DNA of 63,397 nucleotides, filler included, from Craspedostauros australis (taxonomy: Eukaryota), in assembly GCA_030167865.1 (NCBI GenBank). It is 8 parts of 8 records of this genome, joined end to end, with 100 filler letters (N's around TTAATTAATTAA, not from the genome) between each part and the next. Parts side by side here need not be neighbours in the genome. Positions count along the whole stretch, not along the records: positions 24,020 to 39,267 come from JALAGF010003274.1; 7 more parts are not named here. One strand, given 5' to 3'. The notes under the pieces were generated by a model. The model was not told the DNA's origin. It searched no databases and saw nothing but the letters and a program-made list of their open reading frames with translations. The number at the start of each line of letters is the position of its first letter. The first letter of the stretch is position 1. Position numbers and translations under genes: made by a program. Shown here in pieces: positions 24,968 through 37,021 of this stretch.

Positions 24968-26839
24968 ATGAAGACCATGCACAACTTCAGCAGTCTCCTC
25001 ATCAAGACGGCCTTTGCATGCCTCATCCTTCTCTGTCATTCTCGTCAAGGCGCGCAGTTTGCGTTTGCCATGATTGATGATAATCTCAACGCTGCCGCAC
25101 CATGGATGCACGATCGTATCTTGCGTGATCAGGAATTGCCCGAGGACCCGCTCCTCGAGCTGACCAAACTGCAACGACGAAAGCTGCATTCGCGACAGAA
25201 TGCCGCCAAGATTCGTGAATTGCAAAGCAAGACGGGGCAGCTCAACGTGCTGGTGCTGCTGCTGCGCTGGTCGAATCATGTTGGCCGATCGCTGCCCGAT
25301 GTGGAATTGATCCGCAACATGTGGAATGCGGAAGGCACGGCTTCCGAATGGGGACCCACAGGCAGCGTCGCCAATTGGACGAACGCCAACAGCTTTGGGA
25401 AGCTGCAGCTGGAAGCCACCGTCATTGACTGGATGACGACGGACAACACCGAGGCCCACTACGCGGCGGGCAGGAGCGGGCTGCCCAGCAATGCCGCGAG
25501 CGACGTCATCGATATTGAAAATGCCTTCCATCCCTTGCTGGATGAGCTCGACAATCAGGACTTTGATTTCACCAAGTTCGATCAAGACAGCGACGGGAAG
25601 ATCGACATCCTCGTCGTGTTGCATTCCGGCTACGCTGGCGAGGAGGCCGATGTGGCCTGCGACGGAGCAGCACGCTTGGACCGTATCTCGAGCTTCCAAT
25701 CGTCGCCGGATTTTGTCGATATTTGGCAATCGTCGCAGAGCGTGCCCATCCAACTCGGCAGCTTCGCCATCGCATCTGCAATCCGCAATCAGGGATGCAA
25801 TTTCAATATCGCCCGGTTGGGGACCATGACGCATGAGATGATGCACGCCTTTGGTCTGATCGATACGTACGACACGGACGGGCCAGCTATGCCCGGCAAC
25901 GTCGGCGGAATTGCTGGGTACGACATCATGGCCAACACCGGCGGTCAGAAATTCAACAAGGCACGGTGTGGATTCCTCAGCGCCTACAGCAAGCTTGAGA
26001 TGGGTTGGCTGACGCCGACCGAGATTACTGCCGACGGCATCTACCAGCTGCGTCCGGCCGAGCTCTTTGAGGATGCCTACATCATCTCGGCGCCCTACCC
26101 TGCTGGCGAGTTTCTGCTCATCGAATTACGCCGCCCGATTTCCTTCGACGAGTTCTTTTGGGACGATGGCGGCATCGTCATCTTCCACGTCGACGAGACC
26201 TTGCCAAATCCAGGCAAGAATGGCCAGCGCGGATACCCAGGGCAACAGGACTCCGATTCCGGCCTGTTCTGGCCACAGAACGGTAACCACTACCGTGTCG
26301 CCGTGGTTCAGGCGGACGGCGAGTTCGAGCTCGAAAAGGCGATCAACAACGGCCACACTGAGGATGTGTGGATTGCCGGCCGCGAATTGAAGCCAGGCAA
26401 CGGTGAACTTGTTGCGAGCAGCGCCGGGACTTACCCAAACACTGATTCGTACGCCTCTGGCAACATCCAGGTGACAGGCGTCACCATCAAGAACTTCCAG
26501 GACCTTGATGACGGCTCCGGTGGGATGAGCTTCGAAGTTATCGGGCTGAGCACTGGGGCGCCGACGGGCCTCCCTACCATTTCTGGCAGTCCCACATCAC
26601 CAGGTGACACTCGAGCACCAACTCCAGCACCGGTCGCACCCTCCGCGATGCCCGTGGATGGGCAATCGCCAAGCATGTCAGCCGCACCAACGACACCGAC
26701 TGGACCGGATGCGACTTCCACGTCTGCGCCTACTTCTGACAACAGTTCTGCGTCTGGCTACGTCGCAGGATTGAGTGTTGGTTTGTCGACAATGCTGATC
26801 GTCGCGTTGCTGTCTGCGAACGGAATCCATGCAGTTTGA
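24968..26839 (+). CDS. Secreted M6 (immune inhibitor A-like) zinc metallopeptidase with Pro/Thr-rich stalk and hydrophobic C-terminus
   Basis: Signal peptide, NSFGKL, DSDGKIDILVVLHSGYAGE, zinc site HEMMHAFGLIDTYD, Met-turn YDIMAN, SAYSKLEMGWL, VAVVQADG. Intronless. Confidence 0.9.
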   Translation: MKTMHNFSSLLIKTAFACLILLCHSRQGAQFAFAMIDDNLNAAAPWMHDRILRDQELPEDPLLELTKLQRRKLHSRQNAAKIRELQSKTGQLNVLVLLLRWSNHVGRSLPDVELIRNMWNAEGTASEWGPTGSVANWTNANSFGKLQLEATVIDWMTTDNTEAHYAAGRSGLPSNAASDVIDIENAFHPLLDELDNQDFDFTKFDQDSDGKIDILVVLHSGYAGEEADVACDGAARLDRISSFQSSPDFVDIWQSSQSVPIQLGSFAIASAIRNQGCNFNIARLGTMTHEMMHAFGLIDTYDTDGPAMPGNVGGIAGYDIMANTGGQKFNKARCGFLSAYSKLEMGWLTPTEITADGIYQLRPAELFEDAYIISAPYPAGEFLLIELRRPISFDEFFWDDGGIVIFHVDETLPNPGKNGQRGYPGQQDSDSGLFWPQNGNHYRVAVVQADGEFELEKAINNGHTEDVWIAGRELKPGNGELVASSAGTYPNTDSYASGNIQVTGVTIKNFQDLDDGSGGMSFEVIGLSTGAPTGLPTISGSPTSPGDTRAPTPAPVAPSAMPVDGQSPSMSAAPTTPTGPDATSTSAPTSDNSSASGYVAGLSVGLSTMLIVALLSANGIHAV

Positions 26840-27063
26840 GGCACGTTCATTCTTTTCTTTGGACTACATGGAGGTTGTGCACAAGGAGGAGGAGGCCTCC
26901 CTCTGGTACCTAAGTATGTAGATTAGATATGTGAGTGAGATTTTGATTTCGTTGCGTTGCGTTATGGAAATGATTCGTTCCATGCATGAACCGCATGTAG
27001 CCGGGAGGCACGAAGCTCCGCATGGTTACGATCGTTCTGGTGGTTGCGTCGATCGATGGCCCA

Positions 27064-29572
27064 TTACACGAGAGGTGTTGTGGAAGACGACGACGACGAT
27101 GATTCTTGCTTGGAGCCGTTGGATCGTTCGATGTTTGTGTCCGTCGTGTCAGAATACAGCATCTCAAAGAGCTTCTTGTCTTCAACATCATGGTTTTCGT
27201 TTGCCTCCTCTGGCCCTCCAACAGTAGCGTCCGCCTGCAGCTGCTTGGAGATGGCATCCTCAATCATGCCGACAGCTTCCTTGTTCTCGACATTTTCGCT
27301 GGTGTGCGCGACAGTGGAATCGCTTGTTTCTGCGTCTGCGGATGGCGCAGTGGACATTTCTGTTGCTGATGCTACTGTGGGCTGAACTGGCACTGGCATG
27401 GCCGTAGTTGCAGCTGCCGCGGTGACTGTGGCTGGAGTTGAGGCACCTTCGAACGATCCTGTCTTAGCTTCCTCTGGGACTTCTCCCAGGACGCGCTTTC
27501 CAGCGAACCGAGCCACACGGCCAACGGTGTTGGATAGCACAGAGGAAACAACTCCATCAGCAAACATGACGGCTCTCTTGCGTCGTGACAGCTTGGGTGG
27601 CATGACAGACTTGGTGATCATTGGAAGCTCCTCGTATGCTGCTTCGTTGGATGGGGCGCGTGCCTTGTTTGCGTCCTCCAACGTGTGTGCTGAAGAATCA
27701 GTGCTTTGGATCTCTGCCGAAGTAGGCGTAGCCACTTCTGCCGCTGCCGCCGTGGTTGGTGTCACCCCAGCGACGCCTGATGCAGCAAGCGTTGGCTCCA
27801 TGCCTGGTCGGCCAAGCTCCCGCATGCGCTTGAGTTCTTCTCGCTTCACCATGCCCTTGGTGACTGCCCCGATGACCTTGAGAGTTGGGCATGGGCTAGT
27901 CACTTGCCTTGGCTCTGGCCACTTCGCACCTGTGATGGCATTGGCGTAATCGAACAGGTTCACGGAGGTGTCAAGATTCAGGACCTTGGCTGACTGGTCG
28001 TTCTCAAAGATCGAGTCCCAGCCACCGCCAGCGCCACCTCCGCCGGAGATCTGGCCGCCTTTCTCCAGTGCCTCTGCGCCGCGTCCTTCACGCGGGCCGC
28101 CATTCCAGGACCAGTAAACACCTGACTTTGCGCATCTTGGATCGTGGGCGACTTGAAAGAGTCTCTGTCCAGCCTCGTGCTCTCCAACAAACCCACCTGT
28201 TGGCGGATATCGAGATGGTACAAAACATGGGAACCCGCGTAAAAGAGCGGGGTGGGTGTTCATTGCCATGCGTGAGATGGGTGCAGGAGGATGTCAACAA
28301 GTCATCAAATCTTTTATGATATTGCGAATGGCCTCAGAGAGCAATCAGCACAGTGTGCAGAGTTGTATAACACATGCGAGTGGAGTGCAGTTTTGAAGTC
28401 CACTCATGTTGGCAATGAGTCACGTACCTGTGATGAATTTCATGAAGATTGGGAAGTATTGACGGAACCACGATCGCTTCTCTCTGAATAGAGGGGATTC
28501 TGCGATGCATCCAGGGTACAGGCTTGAGAAGGCGACGCCCGTTTGCTTGTGGTACTTGTAATGGAGCAGGTTGGAGAGCATCATGAGGCACAGCTTTGAA
28601 TCCTTGTACGCCTTGGCGCCAACAAAGCCATACCCGTCGGCCATGGCGATTGGATTTTTGAATCCAGCCTTGAAACCCTCGAGCTCGTGCAGATCAGCGA
28701 TGGGATAGACGCCACCGCCGCCGACTGTGTTGTCATTGCCGGTGACCGATCCTACCATCGTCACGCGAGCGTCTGGGGAATCCAGCATGCCGTCAAGAAG
28801 GATCGATGTCATGAGGAAGTGCGAGAGGAAATTGATTTGCATCGTCTGTTCGTGATTGTCCTTGCTCCACTTGGCATGTTCCAGCGACGGCTGGTAGACG
28901 CCCGCGTTGCAGATCAATCGGTCGATGGGCTTCGTCATGCGGAAGTCGTCGACCTTCTTGCAGAATTCACGCACGGAGTCGAACGAATTGAGCTCGCAGT
29001 GGATGGGTGTGAAGTGCTCCATGTTTGGGAAGTTGTCAATCTCGGCAACGGCCTGCATCTTGTCGAGATCACGCACGGCTCCGATCACGTGGTACTCTCC
29101 GGATCGCAGCAATGCCTGTGCGGCCTTGCGGCCCAGGCCCGAGGACGTTCCGGTGAGCACGATGAGCTCTGATGCGAGTAAGTTTGGTCATTGTTGTGAA
29201 TGGCAAACGGCGAATGGTAAATGGTGAGCGTTGGTGAATGTGAGCATGGTCTTGGTCATCGAAAGGGTGCAAGCCGACAAACGAACACACAAACACAAAT
29301 GCAAAAGGCGAAGAGCCAAAACGAAAGGCATCCAGAGCCGTTCTGCATCACGTAATCCGTGATGGGCAGTGGGCAATGGGCACTTTGGCGCAATGAATCA
29401 AGATTTAACGCAAGATGTGGATAGGAGTGCACTCACTCTTGTCACCGAAGCGCGCCTGGACTTCCTCGCTGTGGGGGTTGGCCGTTGGGAGTTTCCACTT
29501 GCTCATGAATTGGAAGCCATGGCAGGTGGGGGTGAATGCCGCAAAGAGGAGCATGATGGATGCCAGAATCAT
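27064..29572 (-). CDS. POR: Light-dependent protochlorophyllide oxidoreductase with long C-terminal extension; exons 29572-29437, 29168-28428, 28196-27064
   Basis: Bipartite presequence (signal peptide then G-FQF). Motifs TGTSSGLG, LICNAGVYQP, GSVTGN, catalytic AYKDSK, SLYPGCIAESPLFREK, SGVYWSWN. Splices are in frame. Confidence 0.95.
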
Positions 29573-30700
29573 GGCTGATGGCAGGTTTCTGTGCCTGCGA
29601 GGCACACTGGCACGGATGTGCGTCATGGTATTGATGTTGGTAGGGTGTAGTGGGATGGAGTGGGGTAGCTCGATGGGAAGACACTTGCAGTGAATCGAGT
29701 TTTATGACAATACGACAGAGACCTGCCAGCTTGTTGATTCCTTCGTCTTCGATTCATTCGTTCGTTGCGGCGTGTGGCCTGGTTGCTGTGCCGCAGCCAT
29801 CAATTAGCGGCCAACGGTTTGCGGGCGTCGGAAGCGTCTTGGAACTGCCTCCATCTGTGTCCCACTGCTGCTGCTGGCGCGCTCTTGGTGACTGGTTCTG
29901 ATTTGGGGTCCGATCCTTTTCTTCGCCAACCCATCAAAAAATCGTTGAAGGTATCTTCGGCATGTGATGGGCGTGTTCCACGAGGAACAGTTGTTGCCTT
30001 TCTTTGTGTGTTCTATGACCGGAGAGTCTTAAATGAAATCGGCGTGACATCTGCTTGTTAGAGCATCTGCGTCCGTTTTGTGTCTGTTCTGTGTGCACAT
30101 GCGAAGCGGCCCTTGTTGATGGGTGGCTGGGAGAGCAACTTGCGCAGAATCTTCAACACTTCAACGACAGACGTCGCGTACATGCGTACTCGTCTCCTTG
30201 GAGCTCGCGCATGCGTGCGACAAAGACCTGTTCGGTTCTGCGCAACCCGAACACGAAGATGAAGATCCCTTGCGGTGGTGATGGATCCGTCGTTGGCGAC
30301 AACCAAATCCGGCACCTGCGCCGGTCTCTCTGCCGGTGTTCTTTTTGGGCAAACAGGATCGAGGTCGTGGTTGTTGCCAAGGTCGAGGTTGCTGTTGGGG
30401 CTGAGGTTGCTATTGGGGTTGATGTCTTCTCTGCCAAGCAACGGCAACAGATCAGCTCGTAACACAACAGAAACACCACCACCACTCACCATCCACCACC
30501 ACTTCAACCAGCACGATCCACTCCCTGCATTGCCACAAGAGAAGCATTGGTACCATACCCCGACCAAGAACAGATCGAATCGCTGAAGTGCCAGAGTCGG
30601 ATCCACCATCTCAGCACCATTGCGAGAGCACAAAAAAGAAAAGACCAACAGCCCTCACCAGACAACTTTCATCACCCATCCACCTACTCTCACGAACGCA

Positions 30701-31804
30701 ATGAAGCACCTTCGATCCTGCGCACCCTCCCTCCTCCTGCTCTTCTGCCTCGTGCTGCAATGCACGCAGTGCGTGCTGGGATTCACACCATCGGCGCTAT
30801 TTGGCGAGAGGTCGTCGGATGCTGCGGTGAGCCGCCGATTGCGACTCTCGCTGTTCGCAGCCACGATGCCACGCAGTGACAAGGAGACAAAGAAGGAACC
30901 AGTGAATCTAGCGCAGCCATTGGCCAGCACAACGGCATCGGAAGACAAGAAGGGATACGTGCCAAAATGGACCAAGAAGACAACCGTCGCGGAGTCCTTG
31001 GGCTCGACGAAGCAGCTGGGATTTGACAAGGTTGGCTTGAAGGGCGACATCCCCGTCGTTTTCCAACAAGGCAACGAAACCCGCACGAGCATGGCGTGGG
31101 TTGGACAGCCGTATCGCGACGTCGGTAAGTTGGGTAGAGTAAATGCTGAACGTGGAGAGCGGCTGGGCGTATCGCTACATAATCGAATGGGGCAATTCCG
31201 AAAGAACCCGCACGTGCTCTGCTTCATGCATGCATGCTGAATTTGTTGGAATGCAGCATGATCCAACTATTCCCACACACGCTCTCACAACTGGTACAAT
31301 ACGACAATCATTCGATTCATCACCTCAACGAATGCCACTACTCTGCTCCACCCCTCTCTCCCATTTTCTCCCACATTTCTCCACATCAACATCATTTTGT
31401 GACGAACAGCCACACAAGCAGGACAGTTCATCAAATACGGCTGCGGCAAAGGCGAATGCGGAACCTGCGAATGCATGGTGAATGGAAAATGGATCCGCCC
31501 CTGCGTCGCCAAAGTCCCAGCCTTGTCCAAGGAGGATGGCGAGGACGGCAAGCTCATCGTGAAGCTCAAGGCCGTGAAATCGAAGTCGACCAGTTCCGGA
31601 ACCTTCTTCTCGTTCCGCTCATTCTTGATGGGATTTTGGAACAACTTGCTGGGCATGATCGGCTTTGTGAAATTCATTGACGCCGCCAAACGCAACTGGG
31701 AGGAACGCATCGAATACGAGGAACGCGTGAGACAGCGCACGAAGGAGATCCGCGAAGCACGCCTTCAGGCCGAAGCATTGGCAGCATCCGGTGCCACAAG
31801 CTAA
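30701..31804 (+). CDS. Plastid-targeted 2Fe-2S ferredoxin-like protein; exons 30701-31124 and 31410-31804
   Basis: Signal peptide ending VLG-FTP. The spliced frame gives IKYGCGKGECGTCEC...IRPCVA (C-x4-C-x2-C...C). Confidence 0.8.
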
Positions 31805-32679
31805 GTGCATACCCGCTCGTACATATGATATGGTGTCGTGAATTTCGAGCGCGGTATGGCACAACTCGTGAGACCCCATCGCTCTACTCTTTACACACTC
31901 CATGATAATGTATTTTAGACAAGTAGCAGATATTACCCGCACCATGACACATCGTCTTGATTTGATGATGGGCGCTGTATGGTAGACAAGGCCACGTTGC
32001 GGAAGCGGGTTGCGAAAGCGAATTGCGCCATCTTTTCACCATCGCAGACGCCAAGATGCAAAAAAGAGGAAGGACTCGAACCCGGCACAGCATCCGTCCT
32101 CTGGTCTCCAACAAACTACATGGTTAGCCTGCCAGCATCTGTGTCTGCATCGCGCTTCCATCAACAGCCGCAACAAAAGAAGATGCCCAGCGCAATGATC
32201 ATCATTGTCGGCTGAAGCAAAAGCATCACGGTCACGCATCCACCCACTGCGCGAGGTTGGGATGTCCAGTTGCCTGACTGACCCGTCGACCCCGTCATTA
32301 TCGCCACACATGCGCCTGCTTCCGCAAGCACACAGATGGCAACAGCAAATCATGGCGTGATGATGCTGCTATTTGTGGGGAAAAGGAAATTGATAAAGGC
32401 TTCCGTCTGTCCGTCTCCCGATAGATACCAAGATGCTCACGCACTTCAACACGAGATCGATTGTTTGGTTGGTGATGGGTGATGTCAACCGAAATTGCCT
32501 CGTTGTTGTTAATGTGTTTGTGTGGGTGGCGACTACGGCTACGAAGACGACTGCGACTACGGCCTTTGGCAATACCGACGACTGAGAATCACCTGTCACT
32601 TTCGTCAGATCACTCAACGTAGAGCACGGAGAAGTCAAACCACGAAGGTGCAGCATCAGATCTCGAAGGCAGACTGATC

Positions 32680-34053
32680 ATGACGAAGTTGGAAACGATG
32701 AGCCCCACGATGAGCATCGCCATGACTGTCGCATTGATGATGATGATGATCGCGGCAACCTCACTGTCCGCAACCAGGCAGGCCAACGCATTCGCGCCTT
32801 CCATTCAGCAATCTAGTCTGCGATGGCAACATTCACATTCGCAGCAACAGCGATGGCGTCTCCCATCTTCATCGCCATCGCCATCGTTCGCAGCATTGCA
32901 TGCGAAGGACAAGAAGCAATCTGACGATGATGAAAGCACTCCAGATGCGAAATCTGCCATGGAGGAAGCGTTCGCCAAGTTGGATGACATGAAGAGTCTC
33001 GGCGACGGTGATGCGCCAGGCGCAACTATCAACGATGCGGACTTTGCAAAGGCCATGAAGGATCTGGATCTGTCCAAGCTGATGTCGGAAGGGGAGGCTG
33101 GCGCTGAGAAGACAGCGCAAGATGAACGGCAGCCCGAGAAAGAGTTGAAGATCTATGAGGACATGGTATCGGAGATTGAGACTGGCGATTTCAACGACGT
33201 CAAGGATTCCGTCAAATCAAAGCTCATGGACAGCAGCGGGAAGGGATTTGGCAAAAAGTCGATCTCCGTGAACCTCGATGACATTCCAGCATTCGATCCC
33301 ACGGAGTCAGGAGTTGGCAGCGACAGCGCTGCAACGGATGCCTTCATGAACAAGGCGTTGGATCAAGCGTTTGACGAGGCCAATGCGCAAGGTGGAGAGA
33401 TGGGTGTCAACAAAGAATCCTTCATGCAAGACGAATCCTTCAAGGAAGAGATTGAGGACATCTTCACAAAGGCCAATGCCAAGCTGGTGGAATCGCTGGA
33501 AGAAATCCGAGCAGATCAGGTACGAAGCTTGCAGGCACACAGCTTGATTTTAATTGACGCGGTCGTCAAGATGCTGCAGTCGGACATTCTGTCGCAACAC
33601 CGTATCATCATCTCTCGTTTCTCACACACTTCTCATCGATTCCTATCGTTTCCGCTTCACGTTGTCCAGAAACTCTTTGCCGAAAAAAGCGCTCTCGAAG
33701 CCGAGCAACGTTCCATCGAGCGGTCGGCCACCAATGAGGAACGCATTGCCATCGCCGAGGACAACATGCGCAAGGTGCTGGACCGCGTCAATGATGAGAG
33801 CAAGGCCGTCGAGGGCGCCATCGAAGATCTGAAACGTGCGCAGGAAGAAGCCTCCGGCGACGAGACCCTGACCGATCTGCGCAGCGGCGGGATCGTGAAG
33901 CAAGCGGCCTTGGTGGGAACCCTGCTGTTCACCGTGCGGGGTTTGGGAGAGACGGTGGCCTTCACGACAGGGATGGGCGAATCGCATTTGATCCCGGCCA
34001 TCGTGCAGTCCGTGCTGGCGGTTGTTTGCATTATCATTCTCAAGTTCCTGTGA
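32680..34053 (+). CDS. Plastid-targeted acidic/coiled-coil protein with two C-terminal hydrophobic segments; probable intron 33520-33669
   Basis: ANA-FAP plastid cleavage motif, long acidic helical region, C-terminal hydrophobic segments. The CAG|GTACGA...TCCAG segment has intron-like composition. Confidence 0.8.
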   Translation: MTKLETMSPTMSIAMTVALMMMMIAATSLSATRQANAFAPSIQQSSLRWQHSHSQQQRWRLPSSSPSPSFAALHAKDKKQSDDDESTPDAKSAMEEAFAKLDDMKSLGDGDAPGATINDADFAKAMKDLDLSKLMSEGEAGAEKTAQDERQPEKELKIYEDMVSEIETGDFNDVKDSVKSKLMDSSGKGFGKKSISVNLDDIPAFDPTESGVGSDSAATDAFMNKALDQAFDEANAQGGEMGVNKESFMQDESFKEEIEDIFTKANAKLVESLEEIRADQVRSLQAHSLILIDAVVKMLQSDILSQHRIIISRFSHTSHRFLSFPLHVVQKLFAEKSALEAEQRSIERSATNEERIAIAEDNMRKVLDRVNDESKAVEGAIEDLKRAQEEASGDETLTDLRSGGIVKQAALVGTLLFTVRGLGETVAFTTGMGESHLIPAIVQSVLAVVCIIILKFL

Positions 34054-34218
34054 TGCGGCCATCGTCGCGTTGCAAGCAAACGTGCTTGCATGCATCCTAT
34101 TGGTAGAGTAAAGTGAACGAATGCAGGCAAAGGTTTGTAACGGCGGAATTAGCGCTATCCTACAGTAGATTCTCATTCTTCTCTCCGTACCTCCAGAGAG
34201 ATGGCCCCCTTGCAATGG

Positions 34219-36072
34219 TCACCAATCAGGAAATCGCTGAATCCCCAATGCCGCACCGTACTCTTCGTATTCTGCCTTACTGAGCCACAGCTGCTGGAAG
34301 CTCCCCAACGACGTCAGGATGGAACCCCCGATCCAGCTCGACGCCGATCGCTCAATCGCGAACTTGGAAGCGATCACCTTGGGCTTGACAAAGTTGGGCA
34401 GCTCGTTGTGCGTCAGTTCGTACGACAATCGCTGCTCGAGGGCGTTGTGCAGCAGCATGGCCGACGTGCCGCCAACGAGGACGATGTGAGAGGCGAGTTC
34501 CTTCCGCACATCGACGTCAGACACGGCCATGAGGGATGCGCGGATTAGTTTGGGCAGCGGGAGGTTGCTGAGGGTGGATTGTGTTGACGTCGCTGCTGGC
34601 ACTTTGCCGTTGTCGACATGTTTTGGTAGAAAGGGCGTCTCGTCGGTGAATAGCAGCTCATGGACGTTGCGAATATCATTGCCGACCGACGATCCATTCA
34701 AATTGACTTTGGTGCCATCCGGCAATTCAAAGATGGACGGCGGCTCTTCTTCGCTGCTGCTGCTGCTGCTGCTGCTGCCACTGTCGCTGTCATCACTTTT
34801 GCCGTCAGTTGGTTGCTGCGGTGATGAATCCACCCCTGCTCCGGAAGCATCCTCCATGGCAACATCGTCTTGGTCTGCATCATCAAGTTTCTCCTGCGCA
34901 ATGGCTTCTGCCGCCGTTGTCGCCTGTGATGATGCTCCTGCTGCCGCCGTTTCATCATTCGCTTGCATGGAACGATGCAACTTCATGAAAGGAATATCGC
35001 GACTCGCGTCCGAATCCGACCCTCCGCTCGCCGCAGTGTTCCAGACGTTGATGTCGGACGGCGAGAACGATCGCAGCTCGTACATTAGACTTTGCATGGA
35101 CCACGTATGGAACGCGGACGATCTGGCCTGTGCAGAGTTCGATTTCTTCTGATACCGCGCCGAGACGGACGATCCCGACGATAACAGCGCCTGCCACGTG
35201 CAATGATCCAACCAATGCGCCCCACGTCCCGACCGTCGTTGCGCCGTGCGCAAGACCAGGCCATCGACGACGGGCGTCACGCGTGTCCCGCCGGCCCCAA
35301 TATCCACCACGAGCGCCGTTTGGCGGCCAACCGAAAATGCCGACAACATGGGACTGCTGGCCAAGAACACGGCCGGTGCACCCAGCGATTCCAGAAGCAT
35401 CTCGGTGTACTGCGTCTGCTGTTTGCGCCGGATGCTTTCCTGGTACAGTTTGCCCGTGGTATTGTGTGGCACACCGCCATCATCATCGCTTGGGACCACG
35501 ATCTCCGTGAAACCAGGCGTGATGGCCAACACAGGATGAATGCAATTGCCATCCACACCTTCGGCCACACGTTCCTGATCCCCGTTGCCACCCTTCGTAT
35601 GCTTCATGGAATGGAATGCGCGCAGGGTGGACATGCCGTGCTGCCACGTCGTTTGCGCCGCATCCCAGTCCTCCACGACCTGGCCCTGTGCGAGGAATCG
35701 ATTCGGATCGCAGATCGGGGATGCGGCGTCTGCACCAGCAGTTGCCTTGGATGCATCATTTGAGTTCATGCTGGAATTGGCAACCTGCGAAGACTGATGC
35801 GTGGCCATGCTCATGATGGATCGCACCTCCTGAGCTGCCACCCTGGATGACAGGCATGATGTCGGGACGTGCCATGATCGTTGCGCCGTTCCTGTCTTCG
35901 CGCTGGTCGTTGCGGTGTTTTCATCGTCTCCGCCAGTGCTGCTGCTGTCAAACGCAGAAGCAACGTAGGGAGGGACAACGAGCTTGGGGTTGTCCTCTCC
36001 ACCGTATCCGAACTGGCAGGAATGAGATCCGATCTGTCCAATGTACGATCCTGTCTCGTCTCCGCAGTACAT
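34219..36072 (-). CDS. ARP4: Nuclear actin-related protein 4
   Basis: MYCGDE start, FGYGGEDNP, AFSVGRQTALVVDIGA, TPVVDG, FELPDGT, DVDVRKEL, WIGGSILTSLGSFQQLWLSKAEYEEYG. Confidence 0.9.
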   Translation of the reverse strand: MYCGDETGSYIGQIGSHSCQFGYGGEDNPKLVVPPYVASAFDSSSTGGDDENTATTSAKTGTAQRSWHVPTSCLSSRVAAQEVRSIMSMATHQSSQVANSSMNSNDASKATAGADAASPICDPNRFLAQGQVVEDWDAAQTTWQHGMSTLRAFHSMKHTKGGNGDQERVAEGVDGNCIHPVLAITPGFTEIVVPSDDDGGVPHNTTGKLYQESIRRKQQTQYTEMLLESLGAPAVFLASSPMLSAFSVGRQTALVVDIGAGGTRVTPVVDGLVLRTAQRRSGRGAHWLDHCTWQALLSSGSSVSARYQKKSNSAQARSSAFHTWSMQSLMYELRSFSPSDINVWNTAASGGSDSDASRDIPFMKLHRSMQANDETAAAGASSQATTAAEAIAQEKLDDADQDDVAMEDASGAGVDSSPQQPTDGKSDDSDSGSSSSSSSSEEEPPSIFELPDGTKVNLNGSSVGNDIRNVHELLFTDETPFLPKHVDNGKVPAATSTQSTLSNLPLPKLIRASLMAVSDVDVRKELASHIVLVGGTSAMLLHNALEQRLSYELTHNELPNFVKPKVIASKFAIERSASSWIGGSILTSLGSFQQLWLSKAEYEEYGAALGIQRFPDW

Positions 36073-37021
36073 CTTTTGCTCTTTCTTTCGACAACGCCCC
36101 TATTGTGGCCTCAACTCCGTCTCCTCCTGATGATAACGATGGAAATGACAACGGTCACGATACGTAGTCGTAGCTTGTGGTCTGCGAGATATGATATCAG
36201 TGCGGTGCCATCGATCTCGCCATGGTCATTTTGCCGATGTTGTTGTGCAGATCAAATCTTTTTGGTTTGGTGTTGTTGTGGTTCGCAGATATGGTTTGGA
36301 TATCACATGTTACGGATTGTCTGACAGACTGACATGATGAGCATTAATGTCTGAATTGGACGTTGAATCACCGTTATCACGGTTCGAAAAAGCGCGGTGC
36401 CGTCCAAGCGCGTGTTGCTCTGCGCGAGCAAGCCTGTTGCTGGCAAGTTCGAATCTATCGAGCGTTGACACTGTTGTCGGCAATGACAATGGTCATGGTC
36501 GGAGGCACCGCGAACAGAACGGAACGAAACACAACGCACGCAGACGGAACTGACACAAACCGTGAGGCGAATGAAGTGCTCACAATTCTTCCACCCTCTC
36601 GACCGTTTTCGCACCTTCCACAGTACCTGTACTACAAGAACGCCAGGATACGTAAGACCAGCCGTTCCATCAACGTCTTCTGTCATCGCCAATTCCCCAT
36701 CCTGACATCAATCAACGCCGCAGAGATACAGTACCTTGTTGCTCTCTGCTCGAATACTCTCCTCTCTCTTCTACGCGGTCGAAGTCGTCAAGCAGCACTG
36801 GTTGGAAAGACGAAGAATCGGTTGTCTCTCCATCAAACCAAATTGCTCCGCTCTGCTCGACACACTCTGCGTTGAGTACCATACACGGAGTCAGGTCTCA
36901 CAATCTCGAATTCAATCTCGCGACCGCAGAAGCAGATAGAGTACTCTCTATTGCCCTCTCTCGAGCAAAGCAAGCATCAATCAACCACCGACCATCATCT
37001 TGACAGCCAGCGACAGCCAAC

